Part shown: positions 63,344 to 64,000 of the stretch, piece by piece
Position numbering within the stretch: position 1 is the first letter of the stretch
Layout: every line of letters begins with the position of its first letter
Notes under the pieces: model-generated
Told to the model about the DNA's origin: nothing
Database searches by the model: none
Seen by the model: the letters and a program-made list of their open reading frames with translations, nothing else
Made by a program: the position numbers and the translations under genes
Assembly: GCA_963815195.1 (NCBI GenBank)
Contig: CAWFGE010000015.1
Coordinates: 128,001 to 192,000, forward strand
Source of the DNA: an uncultured Planctomycetaceae bacterium
GTDB taxonomy: Bacteria; Planctomycetota; Planctomycetia; Planctomycetales; Planctomycetaceae
Direction: 5' to 3'
Length of the DNA: 64,000 nucleotides

Positions 63344-64000
63344 ATGGCGATGATGTTTCGAATCACGCTGCCGCGGGATCTGTGCGTGTTTGCGCTGGTC
63401 GGGTTGATGGGCTGCACGCATTTGGTGGAAAGCCACGCCATCCACCAGTTCACCGATGCGCTCGAAGAGCAAAACTACGAGAACCTCCGCTCGGCCACGT
63501 CGAAGAAATTTGAAGAGCGGGCTCTCAAGACGGCCGAAGCCCTCGACGACTTCAAAATCCTGAACCTGCCCAAAGGCGAAACGAGCGTGGTCGAGGTGCA
63601 GGACACGTCCGAGACGGAAAAACTCGTCACGGTCTCGGCCGGCAAGCTCAAAAGGAAGCTGTTTTATCGACTGATCAAAGATCCCGGGACGGAAGAATGG
63701 GTCGTGGATGATGTTTACATCCGCCAGCGGAAAGGCGGCGTCAAAGTCGACAAGTCCGTGACCGAGCAAATGGACCTGTTGCAGGGCGTCCGCGAGTTTT
63801 TGACGGTCTGGGATTCCGGCACGCGCGAGGAAGTCTTAGGCGTCGCCACGCCGGATCTCGCCGCGGTGCTCGGCCAGCTCCCGCCGATGCAGCTCTCGCG
63901 GTTGTGCCGGTCGGTGGTCAGCGAGCACGTCGATGACAAACGGCACCACCCGCAGGCCCAACTGGACAACGATGTGGCCGTGGTCACGCTGCCTCGCAAG
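63344..64000 (+). CDS. putative lipoprotein, runs off the window
   Basis: Hand translation MAMMFRITLPRD...LVGLMGC (lipobox); frame appears open to the end. Confidence 0.65.
   Translation, partial: MAMMFRITLPRDLCVFALVGLMGCTHLVESHAIHQFTDALEEQNYENLRSATSKKFEERALKTAEALDDFKILNLPKGETSVVEVQDTSETEKLVTVSAGKLKRKLFYRLIKDPGTEEWVVDDVYIRQRKGGVKVDKSVTEQMDLLQGVREFLTVWDSGTREEVLGVATPDLAAVLGQLPPMQLSRLCRSVVSEHVDDKRHHPQAQLDNDVAVVTLPRK

Overview
GC-rich bacterial DNA with a Planctomycetota signature (DUF1559 x2, DUF1501, TIGR03009-like domain, ECF sigma/Ser-Thr kinase pair). Many single-base frameshifts in conserved genes suggest an unpolished long-read assembly. Layout: (1) 1-5.8 kb, signalling cluster (two paralogous HDOD-receiver genes, truncated PAS histidine kinase). 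(2) ~5.85-26.5 kb, decayed mosaic island: truncated HerA/VirD4-like ATPase, chimeric IS21, a 2.48 kb large-serine-recombinase element in the istB Walker A codon, an orphan CRISPR array, a TIR-STAND + FHA-GAF-PP2C pair, an ECF-STK module, three copies of an unnamed dispersed repeat, and two fused convergent IS3 copies. (3) 26.7-34.2 kb, PhcB-like methyltransferase divergent from a giant pseudokinase-AAA-TPR-GAF-HK-REC sensor. (4) Core-like genes (thiC, bestrophin, mntH, USP, DUF1559s, protease, ECF, FeeM-like). (5) 49.9-54.3 kb, REP-rich patch of immunity-like cassettes, an attC-like site and an IS701 remnant. (6) Ordinary metabolic genes to the end. Best finding: excising the recombinase element in silico gives a 2478-bp circle that is entirely coding. 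Its accessory gene gains its ATG and SD only when the two ends join at attP.
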